Assembly (NCBI GenBank): GCA_034520945.1
Contig: JAXHNB010000005.1
Coordinates: forward strand, 512,001-576,000
Direction of reading: 5' to 3'
DNA length: 64,000 nt
Source of the DNA: Trueperaceae bacterium
Lineage (GTDB): Bacteria > Deinococcota > Deinococci > Deinococcales > Trueperaceae
The translations under genes and the position numbers were made by a program. A model generated the notes under the pieces. The model was not told where the DNA came from. It searched no databases and was given only the letters and a program-made list of their open reading frames with translations. Numbering within the stretch: the stretch's first letter is position 1; each line of letters begins with the position of its first letter. This document shows, one piece after another, positions 20,497 to 31,395 of this stretch.

Positions 20497-20590
20497 ATGC
20501 CGCAGGTGTCGCGAGCTTCCAGCTGATGACACGCGTCCAGGACGCGTGTCGCACGTCGGATGGCCCCGAGCGGGGGCCGTCCGTTTCGTT
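20497..20590 (+). promoter_or_regulatory. Candidate attenuator: leaderless micro-[12 protein letters not shown] (20497-20526) plus terminator (20557-20590)
   Basis: ATG 8 nt after the -10 box; stem CGGATGGCCCC/GGGGCCGTCCG followed by TTTCGTT; overlapping alternative stem. Confidence 0.55.
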
Positions 20591-20656
20591 GGGCGGGACG
20601 CCATTGGGCCAGGCCGGACGCGACCCCACGCGCACGCCGCGGCGGTAGGGAGGAAC

Positions 20657-21847
20657 ATGACGAAGCCCACGGGCGAGGTGCTCCTGCTCACGCCGGGCCC
20701 GACCCCGATCCACCCCCGGGCGCTGGCGGCCATGCAGTGGCCCATGCGGGGCCACATGGACCCCGAGGTGTTCGCGTACAACGATGCCCTGGTCGCCGAC
20801 CTGGCGCGCCTGTACGGGGCCGAGGAGGGCGCCTTCCCCAGCCTGCTCTCGGGCACGGGGTCGCTCGGCATGGAGGCCGGGCTGGCCAACCTGCTGGAAC
20901 GGGGCGAGCGGCTGCTGGTCGCCAGCAACGGCGCCTTCGGCGAGCGGATGGCGATGATGGGCAGCCGCCTCGGGCTGGAGGTGAGCGTGGTGCGGGCCGC
21001 GGTGGGCGACGCCATCGACCCCGACGAGCTGCGCCAGGTCGCCCGGCGGGTGCGGCCCAAGGTGATCTCCGTCGTGCACGGCGAGACCAGCACCGGCGTG
21101 CTGAACCCGCTGCCGGCCATCGCGGAGGTGGCGCACGAGGTGGACGCCCTGCTGTCGGTCGACGCGGTCACCACCGTCGGCATGATGCCGTTCGGCATGG
21201 CCGAGCTGGGGATCGACTACGCCTACACCGGCTCGCAGAAGTGCCTGTCGGCGCCGCCCGGCCTGGCGCCGGTGGTGTACAGCGCGCGGGCCATGGAGGC
21301 GGTCGAGGCGCGGCGCCTGCCGCCCGCCACCTGGTACGCCGACGCCCACGGCATGCGCGCCTACTGGGACCCCGGCGGGGCCCGCGCCTACCACCACACC
21401 ATCCCCGTGCAGCTGCACTGGGCCACCGGCGAGGCGATCCGTGCCGCGCTGGAGGAGGGCATGGAGGTGCGCGAGGCCCGCGTGCGGCGCTTGGGGCAGG
21501 CCGTGCTGGCCAGCCTGGCGCCCGAAGGGTTCGCCCCGTTCGTGCCGGAAGGGCGCCGCCTGCCGACCGTGCTGGCGCTCACGCTGCCGCCCGGCCTGAA
21601 TGATCGGGCCGTCCGCCATGCGCTGCGTCACCAGCACGCCATCAGCGTCGCCGGCGGGCTGGGCCGCACCGAGGGGCGGATCTGGCGCCTGGGGCTGATG
21701 GGCGAGAACGCGCGCGTGTCGTACTACCGGCGCCTGATGCAGGCGCTGGCCGAGATCCTGGACGCCCCGGCGCTGCCGGAACGCTTCGACGCCGCCGCGG
21801 TCGCCTCCGCCGGCGGCACGGTGGACGAGGTGGAGGTCCCCGCGTGA
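20657..21847 (+). CDS. Class V PLP aminotransferase (alanine-glyoxylate/serine-pyruvate family)
   Basis: [38 protein letters not shown] (PLP lysine); GGAGG SD. Confidence 0.92.
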   Translation: MTKPTGEVLLLTPGPTPIHPRALAAMQWPMRGHMDPEVFAYNDALVADLARLYGAEEGAFPSLLSGTGSLGMEAGLANLLERGERLLVASNGAFGERMAMMGSRLGLEVSVVRAAVGDAIDPDELRQVARRVRPKVISVVHGETSTGVLNPLPAIAEVAHEVDALLSVDAVTTVGMMPFGMAELGIDYAYTGSQKCLSAPPGLAPVVYSARAMEAVEARRLPPATWYADAHGMRAYWDPGGARAYHHTIPVQLHWATGEAIRAALEEGMEVREARVRRLGQAVLASLAPEGFAPFVPEGRRLPTVLALTLPPGLNDRAVRHALRHQHAISVAGGLGRTEGRIWRLGLMGENARVSYYRRLMQALAEILDAPALPERFDAAAVASAGGTVDEVEVPA

Positions 21848-22488
21848 CCCCCCCGCAGGACGGCGGCGCCCCGGAGCCGGTCCCCGAGGACGTGCGCGAC
21901 CACCAGCCCAGCGCGGAGGCCGAGGCGCGCGCCGAGCGCGCCGGGGTGGACCTGGCGCGCGCCCGCAGCGAGGACCCCGAGACGTTCCGGATGCTGAACG
22001 CCGGCGAAATCGCCCGCGTGTCGCCCGAGCTGGCCGACGACGTCGCGGCGCTGGTGTGGTCCGCCTTTCCGGAGCGGCGCATCTACCGGGTGCCCTCCGG
22101 CGCGCACGAACGGCTGCTGGCGTTCCCGCCGCTGGACGCCGCGGCGTATCAAGCCTTCGACGACGGCGCGGCCGACCTGGTCGCCAAGGACGCCTACGCG
22201 GACGCGTACGCCTTCTTCCGCACCGTGCGCGACATCCGCGGCACGCGCCGCGAGTTGATGCTGCCCACGCCGCCGGACGCCTGGCAGGGCGATGCGGCGC
22301 TGATCGGGCCGTTCGACAGCGAGGAGCAGGCCCGTGCCTGGCCCGAGGGGCGCCTCTCCGCCGACCTGATGTCCGACCCGGTCCCGTACCGGGGCCGCTG
22401 GTTCTGCGACGTGTTCCCCAATGACGAGGCCTGGCTGGCCGGCGGCGGCGCGGGCGGGTCCCCGTCTGCGCCCGCGGGCCGCGCTTGA
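21844..22488 (+). CDS. Hypothetical protein
   Basis: GTG overlaps the upstream stop; acidic, genome-typical codon usage; no recognised motif. Confidence 0.75.
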   Translation: MTPPQDGGAPEPVPEDVRDHQPSAEAEARAERAGVDLARARSEDPETFRMLNAGEIARVSPELADDVAALVWSAFPERRIYRVPSGAHERLLAFPPLDAAAYQAFDDGAADLVAKDAYADAYAFFRTVRDIRGTRRELMLPTPPDAWQGDAALIGPFDSEEQARAWPEGRLSADLMSDPVPYRGRWFCDVFPNDEAWLAGGGAGGSPSAPAGRA

Positions 22489-22513
22489 CGGGGGTCGGGG
22501 CCGGGGCTAGGAT
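22485..22513 (+). promoter_or_regulatory. Sigma-A promoter of pheST
   Basis: TTGACG-17 nt-TAGGAT, near consensus. Confidence 0.85.
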
Positions 22514-22520
22514 TGGCCGC

Positions 22521-22559
22521 ATGACGCGTCCGGCCCGGACCGCAGCCTTCGCCCACTGA
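22521..22559 (+). CDS. Candidate leaderless pheST leader peptide MTRPARTAAFAH
   Basis: ATG 7 nt after the -10 box; Phe codon three codons before the stop; followed by antiterminator and terminator. Confidence 0.6.
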   Translation: MTRPARTAAFAH

Positions 22560-22570
22560 GCGGCGCGGAC

Positions 22571-22616
22571 GCCGCGTCGCCTCGCCGCCGTCCCGGGTCC
22601 GGGGCGCGGCTTTTTT
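22571..22616 (+). terminator. Attenuator terminator in the pheS leader
   Basis: GCCGCGTC...GGCGCGGC followed by TTTTTT, between promoter and pheS. Confidence 0.75.
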
Positions 22617-22673
22617 GTGGCCGGCGCGCCCCGTGGCGGGCCCGCCACGCCCCACGCCCGAGGAGGCCCCCCG

Positions 22674-23660
22674 ATGTACGAAGACGCCCGCGCCGAGATC
22701 GAGGCCGCCGCCGACCTGGACGTTCTGCAGGAGGTCCGCGTCCGTTGGCTGGGCAAGAAGGGCCGCGTCACCGCCGAGCTCGCCAAGCTGGGCTCGCTTC
22801 CGCCCGAGGAGCGGCGCGAGGCGGGGCGGCGCGTGAACGAAGCCAAGAAGCGCATACAGGAGGCGCTGGACGCCCGCAAGGCCGAGCTGGAGCGCGCGGA
22901 GGTGGCGCGCCGCCTGGCCGCCGAGCGGGTCGACGTGACCCTGCCCGGCACGCGGGGGCCGGACGGCGGCCTGCACCTGCTGACGCGCGTCACCAACCGG
23001 CTGCTGGACGTGTTCCACGGCCTCGGCTACGAGGTGGTGACCGGGCCGGAACTGGAGAGTGACGCCTACAACTTCGAAGCGCTGAACTTCCCGCCCGAGC
23101 ATCCCGCCCGCGACGAGCAGGACACCTTCTGGAGCGAGGACGGCCGGCTGCTGCGCACGCACACCAGCCCCATGCAGGTGCGCTACATGGAGACGCACGC
23201 GCCGCCGTTCAAGGTGGTGGTGCCCGGCAAGGTGTTCCGCAACGAGGCGGTCGACGCCACCCACGAGGCGCAGTTCCATCAACTCGAGGCGCTGGTGGTG
23301 GGCGAGCGCATCACCATGGCCGACCTGCGCGGCGCGATTCAGGCGATGGCCGACGCCTTCTTCGGTGAGGGGACCCGCACCCGGCTGCAGCCCAGCTACT
23401 TCCCGTTCGTCGAGCCCGGCGCGGAGTTCGCGGTGCACTGGACGCACCCCCGTACCGGCCGGCCGGAATGGCTGGAGCTCGGCGGTTGCGGCATGGTGCA
23501 CCCGAACGTGTTCCGTGCCGTGGGGTATCAGGGCGTGACCGGGTTCGCGTTCGGGTTCGGGATCGAACGCCTGGCGATGGTGCCCTACGGCGTGCCGGAC
23601 ATCCGCTGGTTCTACCAGAGCGACCTGCGGGTGCTGCGCCAGTTCCGGGGGGCGCTGTGA
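22674..23660 (+). CDS. pheS: Phenylalanine-tRNA ligase alpha subunit
   Basis: HPARDEQDTF, LLRTHTSPMQ, RLQPSYFPFVEP, GFAFGFGIERLAM; AGGAGG SD. Confidence 0.97.
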   Translation: MYEDARAEIEAAADLDVLQEVRVRWLGKKGRVTAELAKLGSLPPEERREAGRRVNEAKKRIQEALDARKAELERAEVARRLAAERVDVTLPGTRGPDGGLHLLTRVTNRLLDVFHGLGYEVVTGPELESDAYNFEALNFPPEHPARDEQDTFWSEDGRLLRTHTSPMQVRYMETHAPPFKVVVPGKVFRNEAVDATHEAQFHQLEALVVGERITMADLRGAIQAMADAFFGEGTRTRLQPSYFPFVEPGAEFAVHWTHPRTGRPEWLELGGCGMVHPNVFRAVGYQGVTGFAFGFGIERLAMVPYGVPDIRWFYQSDLRVLRQFRGAL

Positions 23661-26008
23661 GGATCCCGCACGGCTGGCTGGCGGAGCTGGTGCCGGGGTT
23701 GCCCGACGCCGACGCCTTGAGCGAGCTCCTGCCCGGGCTGGGCCTGGGGGTCGAGGCGGTGCACGAACGACCGGCGGCGCCGGCGGGCGTGGTGGTGGCG
23801 GAGGTGCGCGAGGTTTTGAAGATCGAGGGGTCCGACCACCTGCTGCGCGTACGCGCGTTCGACGGGCGCGATACGCACCAGGTGGTGTGCGGCGCGCCGA
23901 ACTGCCGGCCCGGCGTCCGCAGCGCGCTGGTGCCGCCCGGCACCGAGCTGCCGGCCGCCGGCCTGCGCGTGGAGCGCCGCACCCTGGCCGGCGTGGAGAG
24001 CGCCGGCATGCTGGCGTCGCCGCGGGAGCTGGGCCTGTTCGACCACGCCGCCGGCATCCTCACGCTGCCGCCGGACACGCCGCTCGGCCTGGACCTGCAG
24101 GAGGTCTGGCCGGCCGAGACGGTGCTGGAGTTGGAACTCACCCCCAACCGGGCGGACGCGTTCAGCCTGCTGGGCGTGGCGCGCGACCTGTGCGCCAAGC
24201 TGGGCGTGAGCCTGCGCCACCCCGCCGCCGGCGCCACGCCCGCGGACGGGGACGACGACGCCTTCGAGGTGCAGGTCGCGGACCCCGAGGGCTGTCCGCA
24301 CCTGGTGACCCGACGCATCACCGGCGTGCGGGTGGGGCCCAGTCCCGTGTGGCTGCAACGCCGCCTGGCCGCGCTGGGGCTCCGGCCCCGCAACAACGTC
24401 GTCGACGTCACCAACTACGTCACGTTCGAGCTGGGCCAACCGACGCACGCCTACGACCGCCGCGCCCTGCCGAAGGGCGTGCTGCAGGTCCGCCGCGCCG
24501 AGGCCGGCGAAGAGGTCCAGTTGCTGGATGAACGGACCTACGCGCTGGACCCGCGCGACCTGGTCATCGCCACGCCGAACGAGCACGGCGCGTCCAGCCC
24601 CGTCGGCCTGGCCGGCGTGATGGGCGGCCTGCACGACAGCGTGCGGGCCGACAGCGACGAGGTGGTGCTGGAGGCGGCGCACTTCGACCCGGTGTCGATC
24701 CGCAAGACCGCCAAGCGGCACGGCCTGCACAGCGACGCGCACTACCGCTTCGAACGCGGTGTCGACCCGGCCCTGCCCCCCGTCGCGGCGGCCCGCGCCG
24801 CCGCGCTGATCGCCGAGACCTCCGGCGGCACGGTGGTGCCCGCCCGCAGCCGGACCGGCGGCGCGCCCGCGCCGGCCGAGATCGACTTCCGCCCCTCGCG
24901 CGTGTCGTTCCTGATGGCGTTCGACGTCGAGGCGCCGTTGCAACGCCGCTACCTGGAGGCGCTCGGTTGCGAGGTGCACGAAGACGAAGCGGACGCCTGG
25001 CGGGTGCGGCCGCCCAGCTGGCGCTTCGACCTGAGCATCGAGGAGGACCTGGTCGAGGAGGTGGGGCGGCTGCACGGCTACGAGCACGTCGGGGCGACCC
25101 GGCCGGACCTGTCGTTCACGCCGCCGCACACCGACCCGACCCACCGGGCGTTGCGCGACGCGCTGGCGGCGGCCGGGCTGCAGGAGACGATCGCGTACGT
25201 GTTCAGCGGCGACGAGGAGCTGGCGCGCGCCCACGCCCCCGAGGCGCGGGTCCGGCTGTCCAACCCGCAGGGGGTCGAGCGCGCGCGGCTCCGCACCGCC
25301 CTGCACCCCGGCCTGCTGGCCGCCGCCGCCGCCAACCGCGGCGCGGACGGCCTGGCGCTGTTCGAGATCGGGCGGGTGTTCCTGGAGCCCGAGGAGGAAC
25401 GGCTCGCCGTCCTGCTGTCCGGCGCGTGGGAGCGCGGCGTGTGGCGCGAGGGCACGCGCGTGGACGTGTGGCGCCTGCGCGGCGTGCTGGAGGGGCTGGC
25501 GACGCGTTGGCGCGCCGCCCTGGAGGTGCGGCCCGCCAGGCCGGAGGAGGCGCCGATGCTGCACCCCGGCGTGGCGGGTGTGGTGTCGTGGGAGGGGCGC
25601 GAGGTCGGCATCATGGGCCGGCTCCACCCCGAAGTGGCCGCCGCGTACGAGCTGGCGGACGTCTACCTGGCGGAGCTGACCCTCCCGCTGGCGCCCGGCC
25701 CGCTGGCGATCGAGGACGTGCCCCGCCAGCCGTACGCCGAACGCGACCTGGCGATCGTGGCGCCGGCGGAGGTGCCGTACGCGCGCCTGGCCGCCCTGGT
25801 GCGGGAGCCCGCCGGCCCGCGCCTGGTGCACGCCGAACCGTTCGACGTCTACCAGGGCCCCCCGCTGGGCAGCCACGAGCGAAGCGTCGCCATCCGGCTG
25901 CGCTGGCGGCACCCCGAGCGGGCGCTGCGGGACGAAGAGGTCGACGCCTGGCTGGCGGCGGTCGCAGACGCGGTGCGGGCGGCGGGCTTCGGCATTCGCG
26001 GCTCGTAG
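23657..26008 (+). CDS. pheT: Phenylalanine-tRNA ligase beta subunit
   Basis: VVCGAPN, LTPNRAD, NNVVDVTNYV, RFERGVD, EDLVEEVGRLHGY. Confidence 0.97.
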   Translation: MRIPHGWLAELVPGLPDADALSELLPGLGLGVEAVHERPAAPAGVVVAEVREVLKIEGSDHLLRVRAFDGRDTHQVVCGAPNCRPGVRSALVPPGTELPAAGLRVERRTLAGVESAGMLASPRELGLFDHAAGILTLPPDTPLGLDLQEVWPAETVLELELTPNRADAFSLLGVARDLCAKLGVSLRHPAAGATPADGDDDAFEVQVADPEGCPHLVTRRITGVRVGPSPVWLQRRLAALGLRPRNNVVDVTNYVTFELGQPTHAYDRRALPKGVLQVRRAEAGEEVQLLDERTYALDPRDLVIATPNEHGASSPVGLAGVMGGLHDSVRADSDEVVLEAAHFDPVSIRKTAKRHGLHSDAHYRFERGVDPALPPVAAARAAALIAETSGGTVVPARSRTGGAPAPAEIDFRPSRVSFLMAFDVEAPLQRRYLEALGCEVHEDEADAWRVRPPSWRFDLSIEEDLVEEVGRLHGYEHVGATRPDLSFTPPHTDPTHRALRDALAAAGLQETIAYVFSGDEELARAHAPEARVRLSNPQGVERARLRTALHPGLLAAAAANRGADGLALFEIGRVFLEPEEERLAVLLSGAWERGVWREGTRVDVWRLRGVLEGLATRWRAALEVRPARPEEAPMLHPGVAGVVSWEGREVGIMGRLHPEVAAAYELADVYLAELTLPLAPGPLAIEDVPRQPYAERDLAIVAPAEVPYARLAALVREPAGPRLVHAEPFDVYQGPPLGSHERSVAIRLRWRHPERALRDEEVDAWLAAVADAVRAAGFGIRGS

Positions 26009-26026
26009 CGAAGGTATGCTCGCGCC

Positions 26027-26569
26027 GTGAGCTGGATCGACGGCGTGTTCGCCCTGCTTCTGGCCGGAATGACGGCCTTCGGCGCCCACCGGCGCCTCAC
26101 CGGCCTGTGGGTCGGCGTGGGCGGGGTGCTGCTGCTGAGGCCGGTGCTGGGCCTGGCGGCGGCGTCGCCGTGGGTGGGCCTGGCGGCCGCCCTCGGCGGT
26201 GGCGTGCTGCTGGGCCTGGTGGGCCGCCACCTGTTCGTGGAGGCGCGCACCGGCCGGGTGTGGCAGCGCGTGCTGGGCGGTCTCGGCGGCGCCTCGCTGG
26301 GGGCGGCGCTGGTGCTGGCCATCGCGGTGTCGCTCCCGATCCAACGCAGCCCGTTCGACCCGAACCAGCTCTACTACCCGCCCCGTGACCTTCCCCCCCT
26401 GGTGCAGGGCGCCGTGTTGCGTTCCTGGACGATGGACGTGGGTCGCGACGTGCTGCTGTTCCCGTTGCTCGACGCGCAGAACGCCGTGCCCGAGGAACGC
26501 CGGGCGCTGCTGCGGGGGCTGCACCGCTTGCTGGTGGTGGGCAGGCCGTGGCGGCAGGAGGGAGGCTGA
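26027..26569 (+). CDS. CvpA-like membrane protein
   Basis: MSWIDGVF..., four hydrophobic segments, RVLGGLGG motif; leaderless TATGCT box. Confidence 0.7.
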   Translation: MSWIDGVFALLLAGMTAFGAHRRLTGLWVGVGGVLLLRPVLGLAAASPWVGLAAALGGGVLLGLVGRHLFVEARTGRVWQRVLGGLGGASLGAALVLAIAVSLPIQRSPFDPNQLYYPPRDLPPLVQGAVLRSWTMDVGRDVLLFPLLDAQNAVPEERRALLRGLHRLLVVGRPWRQEGG

Positions 26570-26599
26570 GGGTCCCCCAAGCTAGGTAGACACGCGAGG

Positions 26600-26800
26600 A
26601 AGCGCAAGCCCGGTCCGCACGCGGACCGGTGACGAGGTGGAGGGCCCCCTGCGGTCCCGCGCCGCGGCCACCAGGCCGGTCGGCGACCCGGGGGGACAGG
26701 CGCACACCGAGAGGTGCGGCGCCGAAAACGCGAGAACGTCTGCGGGCCCCTCCCGAGATGGATCCCTCGCTCGCGTACACGCACGGATCCCTCGCGGCGA
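26600..26800 (+). ncRNA. glmS ribozyme-like RNA (atypical, interrupted core)
   Basis: AGCGCA cleavage-site motif, P1 hairpin CCGGTCCGC/GCGGACCGG, TGACGAGGTGGAGG, then after ~85 nt CGAGA..TCTGCGG..CCCTCC; directly upstream of glmS. Confidence 0.75.
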
Positions 26801-26902
26801 TGCACATCGCCGCCCCCGGCACCCGAGCGGTGCCGCCGGCCCGACCCGCCGGCCCAGCTCACCCCGAACCGAAAACGCTGCTGAACACGAAACGGAGTCC
26901 AC

Positions 26903-28720
26903 ATGTGTGGAATCGTCGGTTACGTCGGCGCGCGTGACGCGTCGCCCATCGTCCTGGACGGGCTGTCCCGCCTGGAGTATCGCGGCTACGACTCCGCAGG
27001 CATCGTCAGCTTGGACGCGGACGGCGCCATGGCGCACGTCAAGCGGGCCGGCAAGCTACGGGTCCTGGCGGACGCCATGCAGCACGCGCCGCTGCCCGGA
27101 CACCTGGCCCTCGGCCACACCCGCTGGGCCACCCACGGCCGGCCCAGCGACGTCAACGCCCATCCTCACCTCAGCGAGGACGGCCGCCTGGCGATCATCC
27201 ACAACGGCATCATCGAGAACTACGCCCCGCTGCGCGCGCGGCTGCAGGACGCCGGCCACGCCTTCGCCAGCGAGACCGACAGCGAGGTGCTGGTCCACCT
27301 GATCGAGCACCACTACCGTGGCGACCTGGCCGCCGCCGTGCGGGCGGCGCTGCGGGAGGTCGAGGGCGCGTTCGCGCTGGTGTGCGCCCACGCCGGTCAC
27401 GACGAGATCGTGGCGGCGCGCGCCACCAGCCCGCTGGTGGTCGGCCTGGGCGACGGCGAGACCTTCCTGGCCAGCGACGTGCCGGCCCTGCTGCCCTACA
27501 CCCGCCGGGTGGTGTACCTCGCCGACGGCGACGTCGCCATCGTCCGCGCCTCGGGCCTGGAACTGCAGGACGTGGACGGCGCCCCCCGGCCGGTGCGCGA
27601 GGACCGCGTCGACTGGGACGCCGAGGCGGCCGAGAAGGGCGGCTACCCGCACTTCATGCTCAAGGAGATCTTCGAGCAGCCCACCGTGCTGCAGAACACC
27701 TTCGGCGGCCGCTTCGATCCCAGCGGCAGCGACGTGAACCTGGACCTGAGCTTGGATCCCGCCGCCGTGGACCGGGTGGTGATCACCGCGTGCGGCACCG
27801 CGTCGTACGCCGGCCAGGTCGGCCGCGCGTTGATCGAGCGCTGGGCGCGCCTGCCGGTCCAGGTGGAGGTCGCCAGCGAATTTCGCTACCAGCGGCCCGT
27901 GCTGGACGCGCGCACCCTGGTGGTGGCGGTCAGCCAGTCGGGCGAGACCATCGACACCCTCGGCGCGGTGCGACGCGCGCGCGAGGCGGGCGCGCGGACG
28001 CTGGCCGTCCTGAACGTGAAGGGCTCGTCCCTGGCGCGGGAGGTGGACGACGTGCTGTACGTGCACGCCGGGCCGGAGATCGGCGTGGCCAGCACCAAGG
28101 CGTACCTGGCGATGATCGCGGCGTTCGCGCTGCTGGCGCTGCGCCTGGGGCGGGCGCGCGGCACGCTCGGGGAGGACGAGGCCCGCGCGCTGATCGAGGA
28201 GCTGCGGCGCATGCCGGGCCTGGCGCAGGAGACCCTCGAGCGGAGGGACGCGGTCGACGCCGTCGCGGCCGGCCTCACCGGCGCGCGGGACGCCCTGTTC
28301 CTGGGGCGCGGCGTGCACGTCGCCACCGCCTTCGAGGGCGCCCTGAAGCTGAAGGAGATCAGCTACCTGCACGCCGAGGCGTACCCGACCGGCGAGATGA
28401 AGCACGGCCCCATCGCCCTGATCGACGAGCACATGCCGGTGATCGTGATCGCCACCGCCGGCGACACCTACGCCAAGACGGTGTCCAACATGCAGGAGGT
28501 GCGCGCGCGGGACGGGCGGCTGATCGCCATCGCCAGCGACGGCGACGATGACATCGCCCAGCAGGCCGACCAGGTGTTGTACGTGCCGCGCACCTCGGAG
28601 CTGCTCTCTGCGCTCCTGGTGGCGATCCCGCTGCAGCTGTTGGCGTACCAGGTGGCGGTGCGGTTGGGCCGCGACGTGGACCAGCCCCGCAACCTGGCGA
28701 AGAGCGTCACCGTGGAGTGA
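26903..28720 (+). CDS. glmS: Glutamine-fructose-6-phosphate aminotransferase
   Basis: MCGIVGY, LEYRGYDSAG, GHTRWATHG, PRNLAKSVTVE. Confidence 0.98.
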   Translation: MCGIVGYVGARDASPIVLDGLSRLEYRGYDSAGIVSLDADGAMAHVKRAGKLRVLADAMQHAPLPGHLALGHTRWATHGRPSDVNAHPHLSEDGRLAIIHNGIIENYAPLRARLQDAGHAFASETDSEVLVHLIEHHYRGDLAAAVRAALREVEGAFALVCAHAGHDEIVAARATSPLVVGLGDGETFLASDVPALLPYTRRVVYLADGDVAIVRASGLELQDVDGAPRPVREDRVDWDAEAAEKGGYPHFMLKEIFEQPTVLQNTFGGRFDPSGSDVNLDLSLDPAAVDRVVITACGTASYAGQVGRALIERWARLPVQVEVASEFRYQRPVLDARTLVVAVSQSGETIDTLGAVRRAREAGARTLAVLNVKGSSLAREVDDVLYVHAGPEIGVASTKAYLAMIAAFALLALRLGRARGTLGEDEARALIEELRRMPGLAQETLERRDAVDAVAAGLTGARDALFLGRGVHVATAFEGALKLKEISYLHAEAYPTGEMKHGPIALIDEHMPVIVIATAGDTYAKTVSNMQEVRARDGRLIAIASDGDDDIAQQADQVLYVPRTSELLSALLVAIPLQLLAYQVAVRLGRDVDQPRNLAKSVTVE

Positions 28721-28814
28721 CCCGGCGGCGCGCGACGCGGCCTACCCCACGGTCAACCGTCACGTCCGCAGGGATAGAGAGCTGCGTATGCTGGTGAATC
28801 GGGAGGCAGGCGAC

Positions 28815-29012
28815 ATGGAGGGTCAGACCCTTTCCGAACGCCAGATTCGCATCATCGGCGAGGTCAGCGCGATCCGCGACCCCGCCCTGTTGAACCGCAT
28901 CGAGCGGCTGATCGACGCCTACCGCAGCGGCCTGCGGGTCCTGAACGACCGCGAGATGGACGACATCCTCGCCGATCTTCGCCCCGGCGACCCGCCGAGC
29001 GAGGAGCGCTGA
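28815..29012 (+). CDS. Small helical hypothetical protein (65 aa)
   Basis: TATGCT box, GGAGG SD, ATG 28815: MEGQTLSERQIRIIGEVSAIRDPALLNRIERLID... Confidence 0.7.
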   Translation: MEGQTLSERQIRIIGEVSAIRDPALLNRIERLIDAYRSGLRVLNDREMDDILADLRPGDPPSEER

Positions 29013-29048
29013 GCCGGCGCGGCCCGCCCGCCTGGGGCCGGGCCGCGC

Positions 29049-29899
29049 TCAGCCGCGCGTCAGCAGGAACCACACCACCAGGGCTGCCACGGCGGCCCAC
29101 GCGACCCAGCGCGCGCGCCGCCCGCCCAGGCCGCCGCCGGCCTTCTTGATCGTGGCGCGGGCCTCCGCCGTCTCGCGCGCCCGGTCGGCCTTCTGCGCCC
29201 GCCGCAACGCCCGGACGCTCTTGGCGATCTCGCCCTTGCGGCGGTAGGCGACGCCGAGGTTGTGGTGCGCGTTCGGGAAGTCGTCGTTCACGTCCAGCGC
29301 ACGGCGGTACAGCGCGATGGCGTCGTCCACCCGTCCGTCCTCCAACGCCACGTTGCCGAGGTTCACCATCGCGCGGTAGTGGCGGGGGTCCAGTTGGAGG
29401 GCGCGCTCGAACGCGTCCTGCGCCTCGTTCGGCGCGTCGTCGAGGACCTTCGCGGTGCCCAACTGCGTGCGCCACTCCGCCTCCAGCAGGGCCGGCGGGT
29501 CGCCCTCGAGCGTCTCCAGCGCGACCTCTACCTCGCGCCGGTCCAGGGCAGGCCCGGCCGTCTCCAGGCGCGCCAGCTCCGCCTCGAACGCCTCCCACGG
29601 CAGCAGCGGCGGCCGGGCCTCCAACTGATCCAAGCGGCGCCGCGCCCGCGCCCAGGCCTTGTCGCGCAGCAGTCCCTGCACGTCCGCCAGTGCCCGCACC
29701 GCCGCCGCCTCGTCGCCGTCGTCTTCGTCCGCGCCCTCGCCCACGGCGATCAGGCGCAGGCGCGAGGCGGTCTCGAAGCGGCCCTCCGCCAGGAGCTCCC
29801 GCCAGCGGCGCGGGTCGGTCGCGGCGTCGGGGGCGGCCTCCGTCGAGGCGGCCTCCGTCGGTGCGGCGTCGGTCGTGGGGTCGCGTGTCTCGTCGTCGC

Positions 29900-29903
<4 letters not shown>
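29049..29903 (-). CDS. TPR-repeat protein with C-terminal membrane anchor
   Basis: AMVNLGNVALEDGRVDDAIALYRRAL and AHHNLGVAYRRKG TPR motifs; C-terminal TM helix. Confidence 0.85.
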
Positions 29904-31300
<1,397 letters not shown>

Positions 31301-31395
31301 CGCGGGCCAGTGTACACGCAGGCAGTCGGATCGCTTACCGTTCTCATGGCCCGTGACGGCTATCCTTCCCGCATGCCGAACCTCGGGATGCGCGT

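Noticed and set aside
20493..20535. Fluoride-riboswitch-like words (GCGAUG...GUGU...GCUGAUGACAC)
   Set aside because: Spacing differs (extra CCGCAG, no A-rich joiner, no CUAC end) and the gene context is unrelated; the micro-ORF attenuator fits better. Not excluded without cmscan.
22514..22673. T-box riboswitch for pheS
   Set aside because: No UGGNACC T-box sequence or stem I motifs, and the leader is too short.
19811..22996. 1061-aa minus-strand ORF
   Set aside because: Only the last 147 aa (rimP) are real; the rest is antisense to the aminotransferase and pheS.
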